From contig CM060732.1 in the NCBI GenBank assembly GCA_030704615.1, positions 27,528,001 to 27,592,000 on the forward strand: 64,000 nucleotides of DNA. Direction: 5' to 3'. The DNA comes from Takakia lepidozioides. Lineage: Eukaryota > Plantae > Bryophyta. Below the pieces are notes generated by a model that had not been told where the DNA came from, did not search any database, and saw only the letters and a program-made list of their open reading frames with translations. Positions within the stretch are counted from its first letter, which is position 1. The number at the start of each line of letters is the position of its first letter. Of this stretch, positions 12,460-24,339 are shown in pieces. A program made the translations under genes and the position numbers.

Positions 12460-14913
12460 CCTTGATATACGACAATCCCGAACACTGTCAGTGTCACTGG
12501 TAGTGTTGAGTGCAACCTATGTGGATTAAAATTTTATTATAATGATTGGTTGCTCGCTCACCTCAGCTATAAAGGTGTGAAGAGCGCTGGGGTGGGTTTA
12601 TGCCCCAAAGCATCTATGCGGGTAAGAAGCCACTTTGCACAGTATGGAGGTAATATTCCAATGTCTTTGGATCTGGACATGACCTCTGAGCAGAACACTC
12701 CATCTTCCCGTCAGGATGCCCCGATTAGTACCCTGGGCGACTCTTATGAGGTTTCGGGTGTCCTTGGACAAGAGGGTTGTGTCGGAGCAATACCTGCTTC
12801 AACACCTCTTTGTACCCCTACACTTCAACGGAGTAGAGGATTACGGCAGCAATCCATGAAAGAAGGTCTTAACTTGTCTGCGAAAAGATAGTTGGATAAA
12901 AAATGGGCGCAGTTTTTCTTCGATGTCAATATACCATTTAATGTGGCAAGGCTTCCGGCATTTGTTTCTGCCATTAGAGCAACCTCGGAGTCCAGATCCA
13001 CGTACGTGCCTCCGACTTATCACAATCACCGCACATGATTGCTAGAAGACGCCATGACCGAGCTTGCCCAAAAGGTCAACGATAAGACGGGCGAGTGCAT
13101 CAGAAAATATGGAAACAGTATATGTGCCGATGGTTGGAGTTATTTCACAGATAAACCGTTGTTCGTTGTCATGCTCGTATGTCCAGCTGGGGAACAATTC
13201 TTGGGATCGGTCGACACTAGCGGCAAGAAAAAAGATGGACGTTATCAATGCCAACTATTGACGGACTTCATCAAACATGTCGGAAGTGATAGAATCGTGC
13301 AAATATACACAGACAATGCCACTAACATGAGAAACACTACAGACATGTTGTTGGCACGTTATCCCCATATGTATTATCAAGGTTGTGCTGCTCATATCCT
13401 TGACCTCTTTTTGGAAGATTGGGGAAAAGAACAGTGGGTGAAACAACTTGTCAAGTAAGCGAAGACTGTTGTGTTATTCATCCGCACACACAACATCCCT
13501 TTGGCAATATGTAGGAGGCACGAACCCAAATATAGCCTCCGCAATCCAGGCGAAACTCGTTTTGTCACTAACTTCTTGATGGTGGATCGATTGGTGACGG
13601 TGAAGAGCAGTTTGGAGCACACCATCATTGATCCTCAATGGGATGTGTACACACGGATATTACGGGACTTCATAAAAGCTAAGTCATTGAGCAAAAGTCG
13701 AAAAGTTCGAAATAGCATTCGCAGTGATGATTTTTGGAAGAAATGTGAAAACTTTGTTTATATGGTAGAGCCAGTGTTAATCGTCTTGCGGGAGTTTGAT
13801 GGAAATCAACCAGTAATGGGCAAGGCAAGGTTACTAATGCAAAATCTTGATAAGCACGTACAATCAAGGCATCATCCCTTCTCCTTGGAACCTGAACTTG
13901 CGGACAGTGCTGATGATGCATTTTACGACCGTCGTTCGATGGTTCGAACGGACTTGCATTATGCGGGGGCTTTGCTCAATCCATTCTTGTTCGACAATAC
14001 CATGCTCCGAGATTACGCTGATGCCAAGGACGGTCTCGTGCGAGTGCTCATGCGACTGGCTCCACCGAACCATGCAGAGAAAACTATATCCGAGTACCAA
14101 TGCTTCTCAGATTTGCCGCGACCCTTTTGAGGATATACCGGATCCAAAAGAGCTCAATATGTTGCCACATGAATGGTGGGATCTGATTGGAGCTAGAGCA
14201 AGAACATTGGCTCCTATTGCGAAACGTATTCTTGCTCAAGTGTGTTCTGCATCATCTTGCAAACGCAATTGGAGCAGTTACTCATTTGTTCACAACAAGA
14301 TTTGCAACAGGTTGAATCCCACGAGAGCTGACAAATTGGTGTATGTGTATATCAATTGCCGACTGTTACGTGAGAGGGCAGCGGATGATGCTGCAGCATG
14401 GTATGAGATGAATTTGCATTCCGAAGACTCTGCTTCTGAGACTGATTCGATGAGTGACGATACTAAGCCTCAGAGAGAATCATCTGCCTCTGATAGTGAA
14501 GATGGATCCGATGATGCTCCCGAAAATGCGTATGACCCGTTTACATTCACAGATGAGGATGCTTATATCCAGCCGACATTTGATAACATTCTTGAAGAAG
14601 TGCGTATTGTAAATAATGGTGAAGCTGCAATTGTGTCATCCCCATAACATGATCCTCAAAATAAAGTTGGGGTCGATCCTCGCCCCCCACTACACGCTGA
14701 AGCCACCGGTAGTGCCCCAATGAAGCTTAGGGGTGATGTACTGCCAAGACCGATCGACGTACGCAACCCTGTTCATACAAACGATGGTGTCGAACCCATT
14801 GTACAGTCGACGGGACGGAATCATGCCTCACCGATACGACCAACTCCACCACAATGCCAAAATCGATCAAGCTCCCCATCAACACGGCGGGCATTAAGGA
14901 GCAACAGGGTTGA
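12460..14913 (+). pseudogene. hAT transposase (BED finger, DUF659-type catalytic core, hATC dimerisation domain, acidic tail); continues at 21889-22399
   Basis: Motifs ECNLCG..LLAHL, NIPFNV, ADGWS, TDNATNM, CAAHILDL, PGETRF, WW..LAPIAKRIL and SASSCKRNWS. The C-terminal frame resumes after the TSD at 21889. Several stops and frameshifts. Confidence 0.9.
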
Positions 14914-15636
14914 TGTCGCACACCTCAGTTCGGTAAACTCCCCTTCAAGTCATAGTTACTCGCTTTGATGCGCGCGCCTGACTCCCAACCTGGCCGCCGG
15001 GCCAACTTGGAGTTTCGGCTGCTCACCGGGACATAACGGTCCCCTTCCGCTTCCCTCCAAACCCTCCACCTATTTGGGACTAGGAGAATTCCCTTTGGTA
15101 GATGGCAGTCCGGAACAGCTCCCCACTCTTTGGTCGCTTTCCGGCTCGCTCGCTTACTCACTAGTTTTTGGTCACCAACGGGCTTGCACCGTTCTCGGGG
15201 TTACTACTCCCTATATATACTTCTGTAGCTGTCCGCGGGGGTTTCATAACCAGCCATGCCATTTTATGGCGAACCACCACGAAAACCCTCGACTCCCGGT
15301 GGTGAGTCGCGGTGAGTCTTGGCCCACTCACCGCGGCCCCAATGGACCGTGATGAGTCCCAAGACTCCCCACGACTCCCACCTCGAGGTCTCCACCCCAT
15401 GGTGAGTCCTATGCCACCCCCACTAAGTCCCACTAAGCTACCACCACCCCTTGTGGAGCCACCTCCACCGCAACCCGGTGTGCGGGGCTCCACCTAGTGA
15501 GCGCCTCCGCCTCCTTGAGTGCCTTGGGCACTCAAGGGTGCTTCAGCCCCCATACCTATCGCTGCCGCTGCCCCCACCACAGGGGCAGCCCCTCATGTGT
15601 CCCGACCCCCTGCCCTCAAGGCAAAGGGCCGCGACA
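14914..15636 (-). repeat. 3' LTR of chromovirus
   Basis: Direct repeat of 21160-21883, preceded on the minus strand by a purine-rich tract (GGTAGGGGTGTG). Confidence 0.95.
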
Positions 15637-16541
15637 CACACCCCTACCAACAGGGAGTCGATGTCCTCATCGACTTGTCCATTTTGTAGAAACGAACATC
15701 CAAGTTGTGGCGTCCCACATCAAGGAGTTTGTTTCCGTACCATGGCGTCCCATGGCAAAGAACCAAACCCCACACTTGACTCCACTCTCCACTAGCTAGT
15801 TCGGCCGACTTCCTCCAAGTCCCGGCCAAGGGTGGAGCCTCTCCAGCTCCTCCCAGTGCACTCTTCTTGGCCTACTTCAAGGCCAAGGAACGATCCTCCC
15901 CGAGGATCGAATCGCCTTACTGCAACAACATTGCTTGCGATCGCTCATGATGCCGCTTTTGGCATCACCTTGAGCAAGGGTTCACCTGGAACCCTCTTTG
16001 ACTAGGAAGATAACCTTGAACCAACCGTGCGCCCCAATCACTACAATTGGGTCCGCCTTGGAATGCTGGCCTGAGGTACGGGAACACGCCGAAGCCGCAC
16101 TACGACTTCGTCCCGAGGCTACACGATTATAGTACGTGAACGGAAGCACGTAGCTTCCGCGTTAGCCCGCACTACAAGGCAACCCCCTCGGTAGCGCAGT
16201 TATAGTACGCGCACGCGCCAGGTGCGCACTAGCACTTGAACTCCCAAATAAGGCGCAAGTTTCCTTGCCCCTTGGATGGGAGTCACCCGATTTCGGCACT
16301 GCGCAAACACACGATTAACCCAATTTACCTCTCCCACTTTTGTAAGCTAGCATGCATTCTACACACCAGCCAACCACACCATGCATCACCATTCCAAACA
16401 CAATAGGACGCACAATATTTGGAACCCATTTCCTTATCACAATTTTTTGTACAATACAAGTTTTTGCAATCGGATTCCTGAGCTAGCTAAACCGGGCTAA
16501 GCATGCATTTCCTCCCCCACGCTCCAAGGTTGATGTCCCCA

Positions 16542-19500
16542 TCAACGCTTCTTCCGCTTTTGAGGTCGCCCTTCGAACGCTGCAACTGCCTCGGATGCGT
16601 TTCCCATTTCTGAGGCACGCACCCAAGATGCCTCCACAAGATGATAGCCCTTCCATTTGACGAGATACTCCGTTTCTCGGTTCTTGAACCTCCTCGACTT
16701 AAGTATTGCCTCCACCTCGTACTCGGGTTCATTTTCATGATCCAACAGCATAGGTGGCGGACGCAACACTTGCTGCCGATTCGGACGTGCTTCATCTTTG
16801 AAGTAAGGCTTCAAAAGGGAGACATGGAATACTGGGTGCACCTTGCTGTTTGCTGGCAGCTCCAATTCATACACATCCTCATTCATAACCCTCCGAATGC
16901 GAAAGGGACCCGCATACGGAGGTACGAACTTCGGACTCATTTCCGGAGGTAGTCGAAAATTCTTGATGTTCAACCAGACCTCTGTGCCTGCCTCAAACTT
17001 CACTTCCCTCCGCTTCCGATTCGCCTGCCTTTCATACCGTTTCCTAGCTTTGGCAATGTTGTACTTTGCGAGCTTCAACAAACGCTCGCGTTCTTCCAGT
17101 ACCGCCGCTACTGCCGGTTCCTCAACGTCCTGGGCGGCCCAACTTGTCGGCACCAGAGGTGCTTTTCCATAGACCAACACAAAAGGGGAAACTCCCGTCG
17201 CGGAGTGTTCTGTGTTATTATAACAGAACTCTGCCGCGTCTAAGTGTTCCATCCAGTCTGATTGGTCTGCCGACACGTAATTCCGCAAGAATTGCTTCAC
17301 TACGGAATTCACTCTTTCCGTTTGGCCGTCCGTCGTAGGTCGGAAGGCGGTGCTCATCTTCAGCCTCGTCCCCATCTTCTTCCAAAGTGCTCTCCAGAAT
17401 TTACTCGTAAACTTTGGATCGCGGTCCGAGACAATATCCTTCGGGACTCCATGATGCTTTAAGACGTGGGCGAAGTAAAGTCGCCCTGTCTCCTGCGCAG
17501 TTGCCGTCTCCTTGGTGGGGATGAAATGGGCCATTTTACTGAACCTATCTACCACCACCATGATTGCATCGAATCCTTTTGACAGCGGCATAGCAGTCAT
17601 GAAATCCATCGAGACGCTTTCCCAAGTCCCCTCTGGAATCGGCAAGGGTTGTAACAGCCCCGCTTGCTTTTTATACTCGCTCCGGTTTTGTTGGCATGTG
17701 GTGCATGTCTTAACATACTCCTCTGCCTCCTCCCTCAGTTTGGGCCAGAAATACTCTTTCTTCAAGAGTGCCGCAGTGCGCTTGGCTCCACCGTGGCCCG
17801 CAAGCGGGCTATCATGGCATTCTCTCAAGAGACTATCCCTGATCCCTCCCTTTGGCACATAGAGACGTTTTTGCTTATACCGGAGCAGTCCGTTTTGCAA
17901 GTGGAACTGCGATTTAACCCCCATTCTCAAGTTCTGCATCACGCACTTTGCCAGCTCATCCTTCCGGCAAGCCTTCCGGATCTTCCTTTGGAGCGCCGTC
18001 TCGCCCTTGTACACCAACAAGAGCTGCTGCTTTCTACTTAAAGCATCGGCCACCACATTGTCCCGTCCCGGTTTGTACTGGATATCCACGTCGAACACTG
18101 CCAAAGTATCTTGCCACCTAAGTTGTTTTGGGGACAACTTGGGCTGCGTGGCAAAATACTTCACCGTGACATTGTCCGTGAACACCTTCACTGGGTTGGA
18201 ACCAACATAGTGGCGCCAGAGTTCAAGGCAATGTACCACCGCCTTCATCTCTTTTTCGTGCGTCGGCCACCGTCGCTCCACTTCATTCAGTTTCTTACTT
18301 TCGTAAGCCACTGGACGTCCATCTTGCATAAGTACACCCCCAATTGCGAAGTCCGATGCATCTGTATGAATCTCAAACGGACGATCGAACTCCGGGATTT
18401 TTAAGACTGGAGCTTCCGTCATCCGCTGCTTCAATTCAGCAAAAGCTTGGCCACAAAATGTGTTCCATACCCAGACTTTGGATTTACACAGAAGGTCCGA
18501 CAGCGGCCCCGCGATCTTGGCGAAATTTCTCACATACTTCCGGTAATAGGAGGCGAGTCCTAGGAAGGATCGCACTCCCGGGACCGAAGTCGGAGGCTCC
18601 CAGTCCAAGATCGCCCTCACCTTTCTGTCATCCATTTTGATCCCATCCTGTGTAATCACGTGCCCCAAGAACTCCACTTTTGTGACCCCGAATTCGCACT
18701 TTGAAGCTTTGGCATACAGCTTCCCTTCTCGCAATTTTTGGAACACCCTTTTGAGGTGCTCCAGGTGCTCCTCCTTTGTTTTCGAGTACACCAAGATGTC
18801 GTCGATGTACACGATCACAAAGTCATCCAACCACTCCTGGAAAAGGCTGTTCATCAGCGTGCTAAATGTCGCTGGTGCATTGGTGAGCCCAAAAGGCATC
18901 ACCAAGAACTCATATGAACCATACCTTGTCCTGCACGCGGTCTTCTCCTCATCTCCTTCCGCCACCCGAATTTGGTGATAGCCGGAGCGCAAGTCGATCC
19001 GGCTGAAATACTTCGCTCCTGCCAACCGATCGAAGAGGTCGTCGATCCTTGGCAAAGGGTACCGGTTTTTGATAGTCACCTTATTCAGAGCCCTGTAATC
19101 GACACACATCCGCAGCGTCCCATCCTTCTTGTCTGCAAATAGCACCGGGGCTCCGTAAGGTGACTTACTCGGCCGGATGTACCCCTTTGACATTAGATCT
19201 TTGAGCTGAGTCTTCAGCTCGACCAACTCTTTGTGGCTCAACCGGTAGGGCGCCTTGGCAGGCGGTTCCGATCCCGGTATCACCTCAATTTTGTGGTCAA
19301 CTCCTCTTCGCGGTGGCAAGCCGCTTGGTAAATCCTCCGGCATCACATCCTGGTATTTCTCCAAAATCCCCTTGATCCAATCTGGGCTCGGCTCCCCATC
19401 GCCTTCTCCTTTCACTTCTCTAATGTAAAGCAAAAACTGGGACTCGTGTGTCTCCTCCACGGCCCACTCCTTTGCTGATAGAAGGTTTATTCGCCCTCCC

Positions 19501-21104
19501 ACGGATTTGGGCGTTTCCGACACTCGTAAAACCTCGCCACCATTCCCACATGGCAGCGTGACTACTCTCTTGCGGCCATCTATGACCGCTCCGGATTTGC
19601 TCAAAAAGGTCATTCCCAAAATGAGATCCACTCCATCGATCTCGCAGATAGTGAAGTTCTCACGTCCCTCCCAACTCCCCAGTTGAAGAGGAACATCAAA
19701 CGCCAACCTTGTCGCCAACTGAGGTTCTCCTTTGGCAGAGCGCACCTCAATAGAGGCCCCCACGTCACTTGTCGGGAGTCCCAACTTTCGCGCCGCCGCC
19801 GGCGTCATGAAGGAGTGCGACGCTCCTGTGTCCACCAACAACGACACATTAGTTCCGGATATTATCCCATCCACGAACAATAACTGACTCCCTTTTCGTA
19901 AGGCGCCAGTTTCCTGATACAACTCACAAGAAAATTTGCCTACCTTGCAAGTCCTGGCGACCACCGCTTCCACCAAGCGACTGATGGTATCTTCCGACAG
20001 CTCCGTGGTCGCCCGAGTCATGTTCAATTGCCGGGGCTTCGTGCACTTCTTGGCCATGTGCCCCGGCTCCCCGCAATTGAAACACACTCCATCAAAGGTC
20101 GCCTTCTGTCCGCCATAAGTCGCTCCACCCGCTTTTCCTTTCGAAGCACCGGGTGCCGCCTTGACGTGTGAAGGACCTCCCTTCGATTTCCACGTGCCAT
20201 TTTCGCCGCGTGGCCTATCCCACTTCTTTTCCGGTCGGGAGGAGTCACCTTCCCGCCGGGTCTTCTTGTGGTTCAGCTCCGTACGGCCTTGTCTCTCACC
20301 CCTAGGGACATCCGAGAAACATTCAGCTCTCTCAATTGCCTCGTTCAAAGTCTTGGGTGGCTTCTCCTCCAACTTCCGCCTAGCCCATGGGGCCAGTCCC
20401 GCCACAAAGTTGAAGACCATTTCTGGTTCTGCCATGTCCGCGACTTCGAGCAACAGCACATTGAAAGCCTGGACATACCCCCGAATGTCATCTGTTTGCT
20501 TCAAATTCCTCATCTTGTCCCGGGCAAGCCAGGATGCGTTGAGGGGCACAAACTGTCTCTTCATCAATTCCTTGAACTCACTCCAGTTCAAGGTTTCCGG
20601 GCTTGGGCCTCGGTCGTGAAGGCGTTTCTGCCACCATTGTTGAGCATAGCCCCTCAAATAGGTGGGAGCCACTTCCACCCGATCCTCGTCACTCAACTTG
20701 GCCGCCCGGAAGTACTGCTCTAGCTCCAGGAGCCAGGTGTTGAGTGCCTTCCGGTTTCGAACGCCCTCGAAGGTGCCGGGTTCCTTAGGCTTCACCTTAA
20801 ACTTTGCCTTGGTGGAAGTGGCATTAGCCGCCTTCAACACGTCTTTCAACGTCCCGCCAAACTGCGCCAACAACCCTTCCCAAAAGGCTGCCGGCATGGG
20901 AGGCATCTCTTGGTTTGTCGGAGCTCTCAAAGATTCCTCGGGCTCCGACTCCTCGGATTCCTCCCGCTCCTGAGCGGCCTCGTTTTCGGAAACATTAATC
21001 GCTTCCTCAAACGGCCGCCTCGGTGACACGTCGCCCCCATCGGGCTCACCGGGATCATCATCTTTTGGGCCGTTCCGCTTTCGCTTCGGCTTGCCCGACC
21101 CCAT
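16542..21104 (-). CDS. gag-pol: Gag-Pol polyprotein (~1520 aa): gag, CCHC, protease, RT, RNase H, integrase, chromodomain
   Basis: Uninterrupted ORF with [52 protein letters not shown], and chromodomain [18 protein letters not shown]. The first ATG after the PBS is at 21104. Confidence 0.95.
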   Translation of the reverse strand: MGSGKPKRKRNGPKDDDPGEPDGGDVSPRRPFEEAINVSENEAAQEREESEESEPEESLRAPTNQEMPPMPAAFWEGLLAQFGGTLKDVLKAANATSTKAKFKVKPKEPGTFEGVRNRKALNTWLLELEQYFRAAKLSDEDRVEVAPTYLRGYAQQWWQKRLHDRGPSPETLNWSEFKELMKRQFVPLNASWLARDKMRNLKQTDDIRGYVQAFNVLLLEVADMAEPEMVFNFVAGLAPWARRKLEEKPPKTLNEAIERAECFSDVPRGERQGRTELNHKKTRREGDSSRPEKKWDRPRGENGTWKSKGGPSHVKAAPGASKGKAGGATYGGQKATFDGVCFNCGEPGHMAKKCTKPRQLNMTRATTELSEDTISRLVEAVVARTCKVGKFSCELYQETGALRKGSQLLFVDGIISGTNVSLLVDTGASHSFMTPAAARKLGLPTSDVGASIEVRSAKGEPQLATRLAFDVPLQLGSWEGRENFTICEIDGVDLILGMTFLSKSGAVIDGRKRVVTLPCGNGGEVLRVSETPKSVGGRINLLSAKEWAVEETHESQFLLYIREVKGEGDGEPSPDWIKGILEKYQDVMPEDLPSGLPPRRGVDHKIEVIPGSEPPAKAPYRLSHKELVELKTQLKDLMSKGYIRPSKSPYGAPVLFADKKDGTLRMCVDYRALNKVTIKNRYPLPRIDDLFDRLAGAKYFSRIDLRSGYHQIRVAEGDEEKTACRTRYGSYEFLVMPFGLTNAPATFSTLMNSLFQEWLDDFVIVYIDDILVYSKTKEEHLEHLKRVFQKLREGKLYAKASKCEFGVTKVEFLGHVITQDGIKMDDRKVRAILDWEPPTSVPGVRSFLGLASYYRKYVRNFAKIAGPLSDLLCKSKVWVWNTFCGQAFAELKQRMTEAPVLKIPEFDRPFEIHTDASDFAIGGVLMQDGRPVAYESKKLNEVERRWPTHEKEMKAVVHCLELWRHYVGSNPVKVFTDNVTVKYFATQPKLSPKQLRWQDTLAVFDVDIQYKPGRDNVVADALSRKQQLLLVYKGETALQRKIRKACRKDELAKCVMQNLRMGVKSQFHLQNGLLRYKQKRLYVPKGGIRDSLLRECHDSPLAGHGGAKRTAALLKKEYFWPKLREEAEEYVKTCTTCQQNRSEYKKQAGLLQPLPIPEGTWESVSMDFMTAMPLSKGFDAIMVVVDRFSKMAHFIPTKETATAQETGRLYFAHVLKHHGVPKDIVSDRDPKFTSKFWRALWKKMGTRLKMSTAFRPTTDGQTERVNSVVKQFLRNYVSADQSDWMEHLDAAEFCYNNTEHSATGVSPFVLVYGKAPLVPTSWAAQDVEEPAVAAVLEERERLLKLAKYNIAKARKRYERQANRKRREVKFEAGTEVWLNIKNFRLPPEMSPKFVPPYAGPFRIRRVMNEDVYELELPANSKVHPVFHVSLLKPYFKDEARPNRQQVLRPPPMLLDHENEPEYEVEAILKSRRFKNRETEYLVKWKGYHLVEASWVRASEMGNASEAVAAFEGRPQKRKKR

Positions 21105-21145
21105 GATGAGGCCAATCCCAAGGACGATCGCGTACTGAACTCTAA

Positions 21146-21157
21146 GCTCTGATACCA
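21146..21157 (-). promoter_or_regulatory. Primer-binding site (initiator tRNA-Met)
   Basis: TGGTATCAGAGC just inside the 5' LTR. Confidence 0.9.
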
Positions 21158-21159
21158 AG

Positions 21160-21883
21160 TGTCGCACACCTCAGTTCGGTAAACTCCCCTTCAAGTCATA
21201 GTTACTCGCTTGATGCGCGCGCCTGACTCCCAACCTGGCCGCCGGGCCAACTTGGAGTTTCGGCTGCTCACCGGGACATAACGGTCCCCTTCCGCTTCCC
21301 TCCAAACCCTCCACCTATTTGGGACTAGGAGAATTCCCTTTGGTAGATGGCAGTCCGGAACAGCTCCCCACTCTTTGGTCGCTTTCCGGCTCGCTCGCTT
21401 ACTCACTAGTTTTTGGTCACCAACGGGCTTGCACCGTTCTCGGGGTTACTACTCCCTATATATACTTCTGTAGCTGTCCGCGGGGGTTTCATAACCAGCC
21501 ATGCCATTTTATGGCGAACCACCACGAAAACCCTCGACTCCCGATGGTGAGTCGCGGTGAGTCTTGGCCCACTCACCGCGGCCCCAATGGACCGTGATGA
21601 GTCCCAAGACTCCCCACGACTCCCACCTCGAGGTCTCCACCCCCATGGTGAGTCCTATGCCACCCCCACTAAGTCCCACTAAGCTACCACCACCCCTTGT
21701 GGAGCCACCTCCACCGCAACCCGGTGTGCGGGGCTCCACCTAGTGAGCGCCTCCGCCTCCTTGAGTGCCTTGGGCACTCAAGGGTGCTTCAGCCCCCCAT
21801 ACCTATCGCTGCCGCTGCCCCCACCACAGGGGCAGGCCCTCATGTGTCCCGACCCCCTGCCCTCAAGGCAAAGGGCCGCGACA
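21160..21883 (-). repeat. 5' LTR of chromovirus
   Basis: Direct repeat of 14914-15636, followed by TSD GTTGA. Confidence 0.95.
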
Positions 21884-22524
21884 GTTGATCTGTTTTCCAC
21901 ACGCATGCATCATTCTGCTGCATTGGACCGGGCGGAAGTTAAAGCCTCGGATGATGACAACCTGTCACTACAATTCCACCTTAACCGACGTGTTGCGCAG
22001 TAGACTCGTCGTTCCTCACATGCCGGACCATCTAATGCCGGTCCATCTCGGGCAGCCCCCCCTCCGGTACCTCCTTCGAGACCACCTTCGATTGCGTCCC
22101 AAGTCCATAAACGACAAAGAACAGTCCAACATTTTGTAGACGATCGGCCCACAAACAGGCCAGATACCATGGATGGTATTCAAGACCGAAGTGGGAATCG
22201 ACCTCAGAGAGAACTAAATGTGGTTCGAGGTCGCTTGCAGATTCAAAGGCCTGGACATATGAGGTCGGATAGGGAGGACGATTCCAGCACTGATCATGGC
22301 AACGGTGGTGAAGTCAAGGGTGACCCGGATTTCCAACCCATCGGAGCATTAGGATTAGAATCTTCTTTGTCCGGCCGTCGAAGCAGTAGAAGGAATTGAA
22401 GCAAAACAGCTGTAGGCATGCATCAACACTTTTTAATGGACATGTTTATATTTCTGTACTGAAGTAATACCAATGTGATCATTGTCACTACGAGTATTTG
22501 TATTGCTAAGCTCCCAGTCATTCT

Positions 22525-24320
22525 CCCCGACCGCCATTTCTGGCGGTCGCCTTTATTTATTTATTTTTGAAAATGGGGCGACTGCCATTACTGGCGGTCG
22601 TTTTTTTTATAAAAATGGAGCGACCGTGAAAGTGGCGGTCGCTTCTACGAGGTCTATCCTGCGCGTGGAGCGAGGAATGGGGGGGGGGGATATACATGGC
22701 CGTCGCTTTTATTTTATTTATTTTGGAAATAAAGCGACCGCCATTACCAGCAGTCGTATTTTAATTATTTTGGAAATGAAGCGACCGCCGTTACTAGCGC
22801 TCGCTTTTTTGTTTTTTTGGAGCAAAATGGAGCGTCGCCAGTATTGTTGTTTTTTGTAATTGCAGCGACCGCCATTAGTGGCGGTCGCTTTTATTGAAAT
22901 TTGGTGGGAAATGGAGCAACCGCCATTTATGGCGGTCGCTTTTATTTTAATTATTTTGAAAATGAAAATGGAGCGACCGCCAAGGTGGCGGTCGCTTCTA
23001 CGAAGTGTGCCCTGCACATGGAGCAAGGAGTGAGGCGGGGGAGGGGGGTATATAAGCTCCGGATCATTCTCCCCTCACTTCCGGTCGCTTGAAGTTTTTT
23101 TTTGTTTTTATAAATGCAGCGACTGCCATTACTGGCGGTTGTTTTTTTTGTTTTTTTTGGTGAAATGAAGCGACCGCCATTTGTGGCAGTCGTTTTTTTT
23201 TGTTTTTAAATGGAGCGATCGCCATGGTGGCGGTCGCTTCTACAAGGTCTGCCCTACGCGTGAAGCGAGGAATTGGGGGGGGGAGGGGGGGGGGGGGGGG
23301 GCGGCATATAAGCGTCAGTCATTCTCCCCTCACTTCCATTACTGGCAGTTTTTGTTTTTTACCAAATGCAGCGACCGCCATTTCTGGCGGTCGCTGTAAC
23401 GGTTATTTTTTGAAATGCAGCAACTGCCATTACTGGCGATCGCTTTTATTTTAATTATTTTGGAAATGAAGCGACCGCCGTTACTGGCGGTCGCTTTTTT
23501 GTTTCTTGGAGGAAAATGGAGCGACTGCCATTAAGGGCGGTCGCCGGTATTGTTGTTTTTTGTAATTGCAGCGACCGCCATTAGTGGCGGTCGCTTTTTT
23601 AGAATTTGGTTGGAAATGGAGCGACCGCCATTTGTGCCGGTCGCATTTATTTTAATTGTTTTGAAAATGAAAATGAAGCGACCGCCATTACAGGCGGTCG
23701 CTTCTCTATATTTTGGAGGAAATTCGAGCGACCGCCATTACGGGCGGTCGCCGCAATTGTTTTGTTTTTTAGCGACCGCCACTACTGGCGGTCGCTTTTA
23801 TTAAAATGTTGTAGGAAATGGAGCGACCGCCATGACTGGTGGTCGCTTTTATTTTAATTATTTTGAAAATCAAGCAACCGCCATTGTTGGCGGTGGCTTT
23901 TATTTTATTTTATTTGAAAATAAAACGACCGCCTATGTTGGTGGTTGCTTATTTATTTTAAATTTTTTGAAAATGAAGCGACCACCTATGTTGTCGGTCG
24001 CTTATTTATTTCAAATTTTTTGAAAATGAAGGGACCGCCTATATTGGCGGTCGTTTTTTTTTTTTTTTTTTTTTTAAATGAAGCGACTGCTTATGTTGGC
24101 GGTCGCTTATTTTTTTATTTTTTTTGAAAATGAAGCGACCGCCTATGTTGGCGGTCGTTTATTTTTATCTTAAAGTTTTTGAAAATGAAGCGACCGCCTA
24201 TGTTGGTGGTCGCTTATTTATTTTAAATTTTTTGAAAATGAAGCGACCGCCTATGGTGGCAGTCGCTTATTTATTTTATTTCCGGAAAATGGAGCGACCG
24301 CCAAGTTGGCGGTCGCTTCT
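22525..24320. repeat. hAT right subterminal palindrome array (GCGACCGCC-n-GGCGGTCGC) with internal block duplications
   Basis: Dozens of copies. The block GCGGTCGCTTCTA..CCCTGC.CGTGG recurs at ~22635, ~22988, ~23230 and ~24309. Confidence 0.9.
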
Positions 24321-24339
24321 AGAATATTCACCCTGCACG

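Larger units (their letters stand above)
14914..21883 (-). mobile_element. Full-length Ty3/Gypsy chromovirus (Galadriel-like), recent insertion
   Basis: LTRs 14914-15636 and 21160-21883 (TGTCGC...GCGACA) differ by about 2 substitutions and 3 single-base indels by eye. TSD GTTGA at 14909-14913 and 21884-21888. PBS TGGTATCAGAGC. Confidence 0.97.
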
